A stretch of 64,000 nt of DNA from the human T2T-CHM13v2.0 reference genome, Homo sapiens. The notes below the pieces were generated by a model that did not search any database, had not been told where the DNA came from, and worked only from the letters and a program-made list of their open reading frames with translations. Positions within the stretch are counted from its first letter, which is position 1. Every line of letters starts with the position of its first letter. This document shows, piece after piece, positions 13,736 through 26,025 of this stretch. The translations under genes were made by a program, and so were the position numbers. The DNA lies in NCBI RefSeq assembly GCF_009914755.1, contig NC_060933.1. One strand, written 5' to 3'.

Positions 13736-14954
13736 CATGTAAGTGTAGACATATTGACAAACTCTAAGTCTAGTTATGAAGAGTCATTACAACTATAGGC
13801 TTTTAGAGCTGAAAAGCATTTAGTCAACCTCCATACAAGTCATTACATTTTACATATTGTTGTTTCTACATTGAATTGCTAGTAAATCATTTCAATAAGT
13901 CCTTCTTTAAATGCTGTATATATAGTATAAAGGTTTTTTACTACCCTTGAATGAACAAATGTGACTCTCTCAAGCAGAAATGCTCTGGGAACATCCTGCT
14001 GAGCTTTCTTCTTCTGGCCATACAGTCTACATACACAATTAACCTTCCCTTAATTAGATTAACTTGTTCTTTACCTGGGACTGTCAAATTAATACTGTAA
14101 TCAAAGATCTCTTTTAGAGACCTGAATATGTTCCTGCTACGTGTAATGCTAATTACTTCTTTACTAAAAGTAACTAAAAACAGGCTCACTTAATGGTATG
14201 CCTTAGTTAGAAGATCTGGTTTATGTCTCCAAACTAGTGCTACTCAGAACTTCACAAACAATTCTTAAAATCAACTAAAGAAACCTTAGTATTTCTGATT
14301 TTCTTAATTGTTGAAACTCAAAGATTTAATAAAATTCCAGACTAGACCTACTTACATGAAAATATTTATAAGCATTGGCACTGGTTCTTATATTAAAACA
14401 TGATACTGCATAGCATTTAATCAAATGTTATTTATAACAAATTAAATTGCCCTTTCCAAAATAAGCAAAGCATTTGGCTATAGAACCCACAGTATTGTTA
14501 TGTTCACCCCACATATTTCCAAATGCAGACATTTTAACAGTTTCTGGCTATCATTAGCTTGATCCAATTATGAAAAGTGACACTGATGATTACATGACAA
14601 AGAAAGCTCACTTAACCAAATTGACTAAACTTGGTCAATGTCCCCAAGGCAAAATGCTACGAACCACTAGCTGAAGACTAGGATATTAAGCATCAACAGT
14701 ATTTTAAATACCCTCTAACATTCTCAATCAGCCATTGATTAAGCATCTATGGTTTCAATGTTTAGACATTGTGGGAAATGTGAAGATGAGCAAAAAGACA
14801 TACACCCTCCTTTTAAAAAGTTTACAGTCATAGACACTTAAGGAGGAACTGGCAGGATAATGGAAACCTGATTCTTTTGCCATCTAGTTAGATGGTTTTG
14901 ATTCTGTCAATCAGGAACCACCTTGAAATAAAATAATGAATGAGGTCTCTGAAG

Positions 14955-15130
14955 TTTCACCTGGGTTTGAATTCTTGTGTGATGTAGCAAGATATTTCAT
15001 TTCTCTAGTTCTCAGGTCCCTCATCCTAACATGGAGATAAAGTACAGACCTCAGGTTTTCTGTGAGGAGTAAATGTCATATATGTACAATATGTTTTGCA
15101 CATAATATACATATCAAAAATAAATGTTAA
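14955..15130 (+). mobile_element. MIR
   Basis: cctgggtttgaattc...ctcag.tccctcatc...ctgtgaggagtaaatg. Confidence 0.65.
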
Positions 15131-15212
15131 AATATTTAAGGGATGAAGGATACATTAAACAAGAAAGCTCTTTTTTATTGGCAAGAGTGAAAAGTTAAGT
15201 ATTTTGTGTTAC

Positions 15213-15236
15213 ATAAGTACCGATTGCGCCACTGGA
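15213..15236 (-). pseudogene. Internally deleted 5'-half fragment of tRNA-Ile(UAU), inverted, at the 5' junction of an L1
   Basis: Reverse complement is TCCAGTGGCGCAATCGGT-ACTTAT. Recalled tRNA-Ile-TAT is GC-TCCAGTGGCGCAATCGGT-[TAGCGCGCGGT]-ACTTAT-A. The fragment lies inside the L1 TSD. Confidence 0.8.
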
Positions 15237-15782
15237 TGACCCAGCCATCCCATTACTGGATATATACCCAAAGGATTATAAATCATGCTGCTATGAAGAC
15301 ACATGCACACGTATGTTTATTGCGGCACTATTCACAATAGCAAAGACTTGGAACCAACCCAAATGTCCAACAATGATAGACTGGATTAAGAAAATGTGGC
15401 ACGTATACACCATGGAATACTATGCAGCCACAAAAAATGATGAGTTCATGTCTTTTGCAGGGACATGGATGAAACTGGAAACCATCATTCTCAGCAAACT
15501 ATCGCAAGGACAAAAAACCAAATACCGCATATTCTCACTCGTAGGTGGGAACTGAACAATGAGAACACATGGACACAGGAAGGGGAACATCACACAGTGG
15601 GGCCTGTTGTGGGGTGGGGGGAGGGGGGAGGGATAGCATTAGGAGATATACCTAATGCTAAATGATGAGTTAATGGGTGCAGCACACCAACATGGCACAT
15701 GTATACATATGTAACAAACCTGCACGTTGTGCACATGTACTCTAAAACTTAAAGTATAATAGTAATAAAATTAAAAAATATA
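15237..15782 (+). mobile_element. 5'-truncated L1PA (L1PA4-like): end of ORF2 plus 3'UTR
   Basis: ORF2 C-terminal peptide MFIAALFTIAKTWNQPKCPTMIDWIKKMW, G-rich tract, aataaa and A-rich tail; TSD tattttgtgtta at 15200-15211 and 15783-15794. Confidence 0.97.
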
Positions 15783-15899
15783 TATTTTGTGTTAGATGGC
15801 TACATTCAGGACTGATGTATAACACTCACATACTACAAAAGGAAAGAATTTCTTCTTTCTTTCAGGCAATGCCCTGAAACAACTAGCTCACTAGCTGGT

Positions 15900-16090
15900 G
15901 ATCTTAAATAATTGGAGGAAAAGACAATTTAGGAAATACTGATGAAATCTAATACCCTAAATAAAGTGTATTGAGCTTCACCCAAGTGTTTGACAACATG
16001 TCTTACAATATTTTTGTACACATCATGTCTTAAAAATTTTTGTAGACAATATGGAGAAGTTGGAACTGAAAAGAGCCAGGTAGATTTCTT
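15900..16090 (+). mobile_element. L3/CR1 fragment
   Basis: cttcacccaagtgtttgacaacatgtcttac...tgtagacaatatggagaagttggaactg resembles the CR1 RT segment (DFSKAFDKVSH...KMEK). Confidence 0.5.
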
Positions 16091-16194
16091 AAGTGGCAAA
16101 AATCATAAAAAAGACATTGGAATATGTAAATATTAATTTGTAAAGCACTTTTGGACTTGGCTCAGAGTTCCGTCTTCGGTAGAGTAAAAATACC

Positions 16195-16385
16195 AAAGAA
16201 TTTGAAAGTCAGAAAGGTTTAGGTTGGAGTTCTTGCTCTAACTCTTTAGCTGTGAGAGACCTTTGCCTCCTTGGCCATCAGTTTCTTTTGTAATGGGATC
16301 ATATGAAGATAACATAGAAAGCCATTCCTTTTCTGCTTGGCACATACTAAGGGCTCAACAAATGATTTCAATAATAATCATTGTT
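16195..16385 (+). mobile_element. MIR
   Basis: agtcagaaagg.ttaggtt...agctgtg.gagaccttt...tggcacatactaagggctcaacaaatg. Confidence 0.6.
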
Positions 16386-16644
16386 ATTTTTACCTTAATT
16401 TCATTTTTGTAATGAGGTGCAGCTGATTATGGTATCTTGTTTTCGTTTTTATTCACTTTGAAAATACAGTTAGAAAAAAAGCCTTTTCTCTAGGTAGGTA
16501 GTTATGTTTTTTTCTGACTGTGTTCTATGATTCAAGCAACTATCCTGTTTTGAGAAGGTGAACTGCTAAAATATGCTGCCTGTTTCCATTTTCAAACCTG
16601 CCTGTGTGTGAGCAGACAGGTTCCTGATGCTCTAAATTTTAATA

Positions 16645-16890
16645 AAAATAACAATAATAACATCTACAAACAAATTTATGTACCTCCTACTGTGTCAAAT
16701 AGTATTCACCAAAGCAGCTTTCATATATGAACTCATTTAATCTTCACTACAGCCACCAGAAATATAATTATTATCTTTATTTAACAAATGAGAAATCTCA
16801 GGCACAAATTTGCACAGTTTACTTAATATCAAATGGCTAATAAGTAGAAGACAATCCAGGCAAATGTAAGTCTAGAATCTATGAAATTTG
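16645..16890 (-). mobile_element. MIR
   Basis: aactcatttaatcttcac...aacaaatgagaaatctcaggcaca. Confidence 0.65.
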
Positions 16891-18354
16891 CTCCTTATAA
16901 TAGAATTGGTCTGTCTTGAAGAAACAATGTCATTAATGGAGGCATATTTGAAATATTTCTATTAGCACTAGATCAGACAGAAATAGAACTAAAAAGAAAA
17001 TAGGAACATCACTTGTATGATTAGTTCTACAGAAATAAGTACTTTGGACTCCCAAACAAGTGGCTTTTAAATGAACACTGGAAGATAATGTGCTTGGAAA
17101 ATGGAAACTGATTCTATACAAATTGCTGAAACATAAAGCAGAATGAGTAGTATTTTAAGAGAGTCAAGAATGAAGACACAGAGGAATTCAAAAGAATAAC
17201 ACATCAATTTGACTGGGGGTATCCAAGAAAGCTTTTTGGGGAAGGTAAGCTGAATCTTAACATATAAAATTGAACAATGATGAACCCCCATGGAAACAGG
17301 CTGAAAGCCTGAAATAAATTTACTACAATCTTCGTTATCTCTTATTTGTTTGTTGAGTTATCATCTTATTTGACTTCAATGGTACTGTGATTTCTGAAGG
17401 ACCTTTGTGTACCTTCTCCATATGCAGATATTTCCATTTTCTTAGAGTCATAAGATACATCAACCCCAAAATAAGATCAACAGGGGATAGGGACGGTGAT
17501 ATTCTTTTCTTTAAACTGAGGATGCAAAATTTTAGCAGATAAGAGATTTGAGCATGCTAACGAACTTTTAAACCTCACAGACTTTATTTAGAAAGTTTGT
17601 ATTTAGAAACATTGATTTTAAAACATTTAAGTTTATCTTATTCATCACAAGTTTATTACGAGATAATAGTCTCTGAATAACAAGCCAACAGATCAAATAT
17701 CTCAGAGAAAGAATATGGGAATTGTTTATTTCAAAGAATTATCTTTGTAGGATTAGAAACACACTATTAAACTGCAATGGGTGAGGAAAAAATGTCCTTG
17801 GCAGAGGATTTTAAACAAAAAGTATTATTATGGTAGATGAAATGTTTATATTAGAAAAGGGATATGTAATGAAACAAAGCTGTGTTAATAGCAAAAATTT
17901 TGTCACAAAGTAGTGAGAACTGAATGCATTAAATCATAACCTGTTATTGTTTAACAAAGATTAGACTTTAAAAAATTCGCTAATCTACTCACTAATCTGT
18001 TTTCTCACTTTATTCCCTCATTAACAATAAATAGCTTTGTAGCTTCCAAAAGAGCCAAAATAAAGTATGTAGGCGAGACCACCACCGAGGGCTAATAATT
18101 TCATAGCAGCAGCAGCTAAATTCAATCAACATTTAAATCTATAAGCATCTGCTGCTTCAATTCAGAAATTTAACCGATTGTTAGATTTCCCCCCACGTTC
18201 AGGCCTAACATCATATATAATTCAGAACTGAAAAATAAATCTCTCATTGACAGATTTCTTAGTTATTCTATTGTCATTAATACATTATAAAGGAAAATCT
18301 ATAGTAAAGAATAACTCAATATTAGGTAAACAGAGTAAAATGTTTGAGTATTTT

Positions 18355-18560
18355 ATCCATCCATCCATCCTAACCAATATTCGTTGAGTTGAACTATACA
18401 TCAGTTACTGTATTAAGTATTAGGACCCAGAGAAGGGAAAGGGTTAAAATGTGGTTGTGGACTCACCTTGAGTTAGCCACCGTCGGTGTTTTCAGACACA
18501 GTCCCTGGCCTCAAGAAGTTCAAAACCTAATTATAAAGATAGAAAGTAACAATTATTTAA
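18355..18560 (-). mobile_element. L2 3' end
   Basis: atccatccatcc..accaatattcgttgag...cagacacagtccctggcctcaagaag. Confidence 0.6.
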
Positions 18561-19405
18561 AAAATATTTTAATCCCTACATTGTCTTTAAGATAAATGCT
18601 GTCACCCCATTTTTTAGTGGGGATTGAGGCAGAGATGAGAAAAAGTAAGCTAGTTAATGAGAAACTAGTATCAATTTTATGAAATACAATCTTTAATTGA
18701 AGTAATGAAATGCCAAAAACCAACATGGAAATCACTATTGTTCACAGGCTATAAAGCAGAATATTGACTATTCTTTAAAACGTTGAATTGAAACTAACAT
18801 GTCCACCATAAAATGGCTAAATTGCCTTCTTACAACATCAGTTTCATTAAGTCCAGTAAACATCTTGGTTTGTTGCATCCTACAATTACATAATACATTT
18901 CAGAATATCCATCCTTTGGCCTTTAAATAAATAATGCCCCTAAGTTGTTAAGGGGAGCACTTAAACCTTGGCAGCCAAGCTAAAGCAAATCCTTGTCTAT
19001 CCTACTCGTTCTGGGACGAATTAGCAAGGAAAATTCCATCTTATAAGCATTACATTTATGTTTAAGAATTTCATAATTAATTTAAAAAGATCCACACCTC
19101 TGAAACATATAAAAAGGCACAATGTCTTAATTTCTCAACAGAATAATTTGTACAAGATTTGAAGTCTACCTTAATGATTCATTTTTGTATTGTTTTCACA
19201 ATTGCTTTATTTTGTTTAGCACATTTTTTTCTCAACTCTTTTTAACATATTAAACTCTTATTCCTCCTTCAATTCCCAGCAAAGTTGTCATCTCATGGGG
19301 AGAGACTTTTTGACACCCTGCTCCCTCTAAGTTTTAGTTAGATGAATCTCCTAGATGCTCCAACAAGCTCTGCATCTTTCCCTATCACACGTTATCACAT
19401 CACCC

Positions 19406-19825
19406 TGTGTCGGAGAAAATGGCTAACTGTTCACCAAAACATTTCCCTTTTCCTTCTGTTACATAGCCAGACTACATTTTGTAGTTAGATGTGACTACAT
19501 TCCTCACCATGGAACACAGTCTTAAGAACATCTTGCATATGATCCTCATTCTATGTTTCTTACCTATAGGTTAAATCCCTAAGGACCTAAAGGAGGAAAG
19601 CTCCCAAAGACAAAAAGAACATGATTCTCCAGCCACAGCTTTCAGGATCACCCCTCACTTCCACTAATAAGGTCTATTCACAGTACAGTGTTACATAGAT
19701 GAGCATTCGTCACCTCACCCTGACTAGGACATCTATTGGCACTGCGTTTTATGTAAATGAGAATTAAATTTCTCTTCTTTAAGCCATTAAAAGGGTGGGT
19801 GTTTATTATAGCACTTAGCCTGTTT
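19406..19825 (+). mobile_element. Old MaLR LTR (MLT1I/J-like) within L2 remnants
   Basis: cagactacatttt..gtagttagatgtgactacat...aaatgagaattaaatttc...ttaagccatt...ttatagca. Confidence 0.6.
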
Positions 19826-21569
19826 GGTTTATTAGATTTCCCACATTAGATTGTAAACTATGGTACCCCGTGGATACAGCAACTAGTTTTGTCTTGTTTG
19901 AGGTTTTAGCTGAGCGCTCGACACAGAAAATAGCATATACTTACCATCCCTCTCTCTGTTTTTTAAAATAACTTAAATCTTATGTGATAAGATGTATCAT
20001 GAAAATTTCATAGGAACTATTATTCTAAATAGTTATTCCTTCAGGAATAGGGAACATAAGGCTTCATTTAGCACGGGTTCCAAAATATCCTTTGGTAAAT
20101 ACCTAAAGGTAAAATTTGATTTTGTTTAAGAGCTCACAGCAAGTGGAACACATCAAAATATGCTTGCAAAACTGTTCTTATAGGCCTCTATTTGTGGGTT
20201 TTAGGTAAGACGCTGAGAGCATTGCACAACCTTAGTCAGAAGTAATGGGCTTGGAAGCTCCTTGCTGTAGTCGTGGTGATTTGGAATGTCCTTTGACCCT
20301 CTACTGGATTTAATGCCAATGGAGAGAAAATGAAAGGTAATTTTCTTTCCTTTTCAAAACAATAACCAATCACAGAATCCAAGACCTTCTGCTCTTCACA
20401 TATTACAATGAAACAGCTTTTGAAGTCTAGACAAAAATAGAGACATCTGACAAGCAATATCAAATCTCAGTCAGCATGCCTCCATGTATTCATTACTGAC
20501 ACTTCTCTCCCTTTCCCCTAGAGTCAAACACACTCTATTCAATGATTCCTTTTAGGCAACCAACCACCTGTTTGGGGCCACTTCCTAAGGGTCTCTCCAA
20601 AAGTCTCACCCATCTGTCTCTCTTTACTATTGTCCACTTGCTGGTTAAGTTTAGTCTTGCTTGGCAGAAGTCAACTTTCCGAGATTTACCTCCTTTACTT
20701 TCAGCCCTACTTAAGCAACGGACTTTAGAGGAGATGATCAGATCTCCTGGCTTCCTTTCTGAGGAATGAAGAGGAAACTTTTGCTGCTAGACATGCAACT
20801 GCCTTTTGATCTGAAGTAGAAAATCCTCAGGCTCTATTCCATTACTCATTTAGATGATTGCTGAATGGCACCTTCAGGCTAGATTTTATGGTTGCTTTAA
20901 TAAATTTGTAGTTCACTCACATTAATGTCTATATATTAATAAAGCATTTCTCTAGTGTCAGGCAAACATGCGTTGGATTTACTAGTTAAAGACACCTCTT
21001 ACAGGTTTTCATAGACATTTTAGATAATTTTTTTTCTTTTTTTTTTTTGCCTCTCAGACCACCACACAAGTGCCTTTCTTTTCAGAGTACAAATATCAGT
21101 CTAGTTATCTGTCGATCTGGTAGAGGAGACAACAAAAACTATTTAACATCAGTGAGAAATAGAAAAAAATCTAATCCTTTCTAAGCCATGCATAATGTCT
21201 AGGTCAACTAAGTTTTCTCCACTGTGATTAAAAATGGCAAATTATTAAGAAGTCCCATTTTATTTTCTGGAGATTGAGAAAAAATAGATGATAAATTCTC
21301 ATGAACAGAAGAAAATGGATTTTCAGCAAGTAATTTGGCTCAAGAAGGCAGACCCTAGTGCATGGAACATGCTCAATCTGGGGGAGAGAAAGAAATGAAC
21401 AAGGAGGAAATAACAATAAGGGTTCTTTCATTTCCCAGCTGTCTGCCAAAATTTGGACTGGTTGTTATGGCTGAGGAAACTGTAAGAGCTGAAGTTCATA
21501 ACTTTAAAGCGAAGATCTGTCCATGGTGGGGCACAATCTGACCAGATACAGTTTCTAGTATTTGTATAT

Positions 21570-21774
21570 GTTCATGAAGCCTGGGCAACATCATAAGATC
21601 CCATTTCTACAAAAAATACAGAAAGCTAGCTGGGCATTGTGGCATGCACTTGTAGTCCCAGCTAGTCAGGAGGCTAAGGTGGGAAGATCGATTGAGCTCC
21701 AGAGGTCGAGGGTGTAGTGAGCTGTAATGGTACCACCGCACTCCAACCTGGACAACAAAACAAGACTCTGTCTC
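21570..21774 (+). mobile_element. 5'-truncated AluJ
   Basis: agcctgggcaacat...gggaagatcgattgagc..agaggtcgagg.tgtagtgagctgt (J-type right arm). Confidence 0.88.
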
Positions 21775-21788
21775 TCTCTCTCTCTCTG

Positions 21789-21843
<55 letters not shown>

Positions 21844-21850
21844 AACACAC
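21771..21850 (+). repeat. Compound (TC)n(AC)n microsatellite in place of the Alu tail
   Basis: seen directly. Confidence 0.95.
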
Positions 21851-23074
21851 GTATCCTAATACATATGTGTGTATGCATGGGAAGTTTTGAAGGCTCCAAT
21901 TCACTTTGGTCATAACCCAGTTTTCCACCTTCACAGAAATAACAAACATTTCAGAAATAGCCTTTCATTTAGTGTGTTTTGCATTAAAAGAGCATAATCT
22001 TCTATTTTCTAACTGGAATTATCTAGATGATGTTTATATTCTTACACATAAAAATATTTAGATTTGCTTAGAATAATTTTTTTATATTTACTATATGGTA
22101 TCCCTTCTGTTATAAACTGAAATTTCCAAATTTTAATATGACTCTTGAGTATTATATAAAATATAATAATTAAAACATTTCACACCTGAAAAAGGTATTT
22201 CAACAGAAACACTGAAATTTATTTTACATAATATATTGCAATGATTTTCACTCTAAATTAGAAAAAAGTTTACTTCCTATCAATTTTATTTCTGCTGTTA
22301 ACCCTATTCTAAATCATCCCTCAAAATTCTGATTATCAAAATAACATGTAATTTTAAAACAGATTCTCATTAGTGCAAGCAACTGTGACTTTTTAAGGTA
22401 GCTTAAAATTACATATTAAAGAGATTTCATTAGTAAGCTTTCATTCTCTTTCATTTAGAATTGTTTGCACATACTTCTCATTAGTCATTGTACTCAGATT
22501 TTCAGATTCAAGTATAAGGATAGTCCTTTGCATTACCTTAAACACCAGGTAAGTAAAATTCCAGGAAAAAATAAGTTTTGAAATACCTAAAGGTACCTGT
22601 CTTATGAAATTGTCAAGTCCCTTTTTTATGTGCAGTTTGTACAATACAAAGCCAAGACAGATGAATAAGAGAGTGTGATTTTAAGCTTTGCTTGGCAAAC
22701 ATGTTAGATTTCTTAAATGGCATAGCTTGTCTTTCCTCCCTCCCTCCCTGCTTCCCTCTCTTTCCCTCTCTCTCTCTCTCAACCTTGTTCTAATGTCATC
22801 CCTTATAGGTTTCTTGTGAAATAGACTGATTTGGAGCTGTGTTAATAACAACAACAACAAATACTACTGCAACCCACATTGCAGTGAACAATATATAAAA
22901 TGGCAAATAAATTGTACCTCTCATGACTAAAGAATAAGAGGATTTTTTTTTTGTGGTGTTGTGTTATGTTGTGTGTGTGTTTGTGTATGTATGTGTGTTT
23001 CCATGTGACACCATTATAAGAACAAGCAGGACTTCTTGGAATCCTGAGTCCTTTTGTCTCAACTAAATTAAGAG

Positions 23075-23690
23075 ATAATTTAAATTAAAAAAATCAATAT
23101 ATAATGCACTTATAGAAAAGTACATAAATAATGAATCATACAAAATAAACATCAGGGTAAACACCACCCACGTCAAGATATAGCACATTTCCAGTAATAC
23201 ATACTTCATGCTTACTCTCAAACTCACTTTTTCCTCCTCACCAAAGGTAAACAAACACCATCTTGACTTCTAACCTATGGTTTAGGGTTGCCTTGAACGT
23301 TATGTAAATGTAATCAAGTATTGCATGTTATTTTTGTGTCTGCCTTCTTTCCTTAACATTAAGGTTGTTGGCTACATTCATGTTGTAATTTGTCAAATAT
23401 CTGAATATACAGTGCCATATTTTTGTAACTATTCTATTGCTGATGGACATTGGGTAATTTCCAGTTTAAAGCAATTACAATTAATGCCGCAATAAACATC
23501 CTTGTAGATATTTCTTGGTATGCATGTTGTAGATAATGAGGAGTGGAATTGCTGGATCATCTGGTTACGTATATGTTAAATTTCAATAGATAATGCCAAA
23601 CTGTTTTCCAAAGTGGTTGTAGCAATTATACTTTTCCTGCAATATATGAGTGTTTCTGTTGTATAACATCTTTGCCAATAGTTGGTAGAA
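23075..23690 (-). mobile_element. Old L1M (L1ME-like) 3' end
   Basis: tgatggacattgggt..tttccagttt...gagtggaattgctggatcat...tgccaaactgttttccaaagtggttgt. Confidence 0.85.
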
Positions 23691-23968
23691 GTTATTTGCT
23701 TTGAAAGTCTAAGCTTGGTTAGTGAAAGAGGAGAGAGGGAGTGAAGGCTTGGACTAGAAAAGGGAAGACCCCTGACCTAGGATTCAGTTGACTGGTAGAA
23801 GAATGATGGTTGTGCCATGAGTGGTAAAGACTCTAACAACCCTTTTAAGGATTTTCCCTGGAAGTAGGGAGATCCTTGAAGGATTGCAGGATCTAATGAG
23901 AGACATGGTATTCTGTGGAATTATGAGAGTGGACGTCAACCTGGTCACAGAATTTTAGTGCAAAATAA

Positions 23969-23970
<2 letters not shown>

Positions 23971-24002
<32 letters not shown>

Positions 24003-24007
24003 GTGTG
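23971..24007 (+). repeat. (TG)15+ microsatellite
   Basis: seen directly. Confidence 0.95.
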
Positions 24008-24389
24008 CATGCATGTCTTGGAGTCTTTTTACAAGCAAATAAACAAAACCAACACATAAAGTGGAAAGAGTCTCTTTACACAGGAAAATCATCAGAAATT
24101 CCTAGGGTGGTGAATTAAAGATGACAAGGACCACAAGAGTAGAAGCTAGCCATGAAGAACTACTTAATATCAGTCTATTCTAAATTACATCTTATTCTTC
24201 TTTTTGTAATCCATTTTGAACATGGTATGTATCAGAAGAGATGGGAATACAATTCCATTATTTTCAGGTATGAGGAATTTTCCATAAGTGTTCACTGAGC
24301 TGTTTTAGTAAGTGATTGCTTTATAAGGTAATTATTTTATGATTATCACATAGAAGGTGCTTTTGAAAAAATATCCTCTAGAGTCAGGA

Positions 24390-24560
24390 AAAATCATGGA
24401 ATTTTATAGTTGAAAGAGATCTTGAACAACATCTAATTAAACCTCATTTCACAGATGAGGAAGTTGAGGTGCACAGTTGCTCAGTGATTTGATGGGGCTA
24501 ACGTAGTAGTTAACTGCAGATATAGAAGAATCTAGGCCTTTTAATCCGGAAGACTCTCAT
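24390..24560 (-). mobile_element. MIR3/MIRc fragment
   Basis: cctcatttcacagatgaggaagttgagg. Confidence 0.65.
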
Positions 24561-24599
24561 CATAAATTCATTTTATTAAATAAACATTGAAATTTTATT

Positions 24600-24900
24600 A
24601 ATTCACTTTTCTTACCTGGTCTATTCCTACACATCCTTCAGAACCCATCAGGGTTTATCTACTACAAAACGTCCTCTCTGATCCCTTCTCTCCTTAAATC
24701 CATATGAGATGCTTCTATTATGTCTTAACACTTTATAATGATTTCTATTTTATAACTGTCTATATGGTTATCTCTTTGCCCACTATACTGAAAAAGCAGA
24801 AGTCAGGAACTGCTTTTATTTTTTTCTGTTTTTGTCCTCAGCATTTTGCATAAGCCTAGCATACAGTGATAAATGGTAAATATTTTTGAAATGAATAAAC
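24600..24900 (+). mobile_element. L2 3' end
   Basis: tcctacacatccttcagaaccca...gcctagcatacagt...aaatatttttgaaatgaataa. Confidence 0.6.
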
Positions 24901-25213
24901 AAATCAAAATCTGGCTCTTTATTATTTTGCTATGCACTCAGGTGGATGTGAAATATATTACTTTACCCATTAGGTTGTTTTCTGGGCTGTTCATTGATAT
25001 TTCCATTTCTCATCTTTCCAGGAATATGGTCAAAGTGAACTTCCTTGTGCCTTTGAAATTAGTGTGGCTGTGTAATTTGAGCAGAAGTATCACATGTCAC
25101 TTCCATGCAGAAGACTTTAATAGCCAGTGATAATTTGCCCCTTCCTCGCTCCTGGCACAGTGATGTTGGAGACTTTCTGAGTGAGGACAGCATGAGAAGA
25201 ATATGTAGCCAAT

Positions 25214-25914
25214 GGCTATGGTTTGAATGTGTCCTCCAAAGTTCATGTGTTGGAAACTTAATCCCTATTGTAACAGTGTTAGGAAAGTCAGACCTTTAAG
25301 AGGTGATTAGGTCATGAGGGCTCTGTTCTCATTGGTAGATTAATGCTTTAATTGTGGGAGTTGGTTAGTTATTGCAGGAGTGAGCTCTTGATAAAAGGAT
25401 GAGTGATATGGTTTGACTGTGTCCCCACCCAAATCTCAATTTGAATTGTATCTCCCAGAATTCCCACATGTCGTGGGAGGGACCCAGGGGGAGGTAAGTG
25501 AATCATGGGGCCAGTATTTCCCATGCTATTCTTGTGATAGTGAATAAGTCTCACGAGATCCCGTGGGTTTATCAGGGGTTTCTGTTTTGCTTCTTCCGCA
25601 TTTTCTCTTGCAGCTGCCATGTAAGAAGTGCCTTTCACCTCCCACCATGATTCTGAGGCCCCCCCAGCCATTCTCAGGTATGTCTTTATCAGCAGTGTGA
25701 AAATGGACTAATACAACGAGTTAGCCCCTTTCCTCTCTCTCCTGATCTTCTGAATTTCACCATGTGATGACATAGCACAAAAGCCCTAGGAGGACACTAA
25801 TACCTTGACATTAAACATCCTAGCCCTGAGAACTGTGAGCCAGTAGATTTCTGCTCTTTACAAATTATCCAGTCTCAGGTATTTTGTTACAGCAGCATAA
25901 AATGTACTATGATA
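25214..25914 (+). mobile_element. MSTC/MSTD-like LTR split by THE1A
   Basis: gctatggtttgaatgtgtcc.ccaaagttcatgtgttggaaacttaatccc...ccagtctcaggtattttgttacagcagca. Confidence 0.88.
25404..25715 (+). mobile_element. THE1A-like solo LTR with internal deletion
   Basis: tgatatggtttg.ctgtgtccccacccaaatctc...gggtttatcaggggttt...gactaataca; TSD atgag/acgag. Confidence 0.92.
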
Positions 25915-26025
25915 TCAACCCATGATAGATAAGTGGTGTGATTGAGAAATAGAACTATGTTATTCTAAGTCACAAAGATTTTAGAGTTACTACTGTCTCA
26001 TAACCCAGTGCATCCTGACTAATTA

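Larger units (their letters stand above)
24970..26025 (+). mobile_element. MLT1I/J-like LTR split by an MST insertion (pieces about 24970-25213 and 25915-26025)
   Basis: gagcagaagt..catgtcacttcc..gcagaag.ctttaa.agccagtg; 3' end gagaaatagaact...ctaagtcac..agattt...catcctgactaat. Confidence 0.65.

Noticed and set aside
15221-15234. cgattgcgccactg as an Alu fragment
   Set aside because: Alu (gagattgcgccactgcac) explains only about 13 nt, while tRNA-Ile-TAT antisense explains 24 of the 25 inserted bases.
15313-15555. ORF MFIAALFTIAKTW... as a host gene
   Set aside because: It is the L1 ORF2 C-terminus of a 5'-truncated copy.
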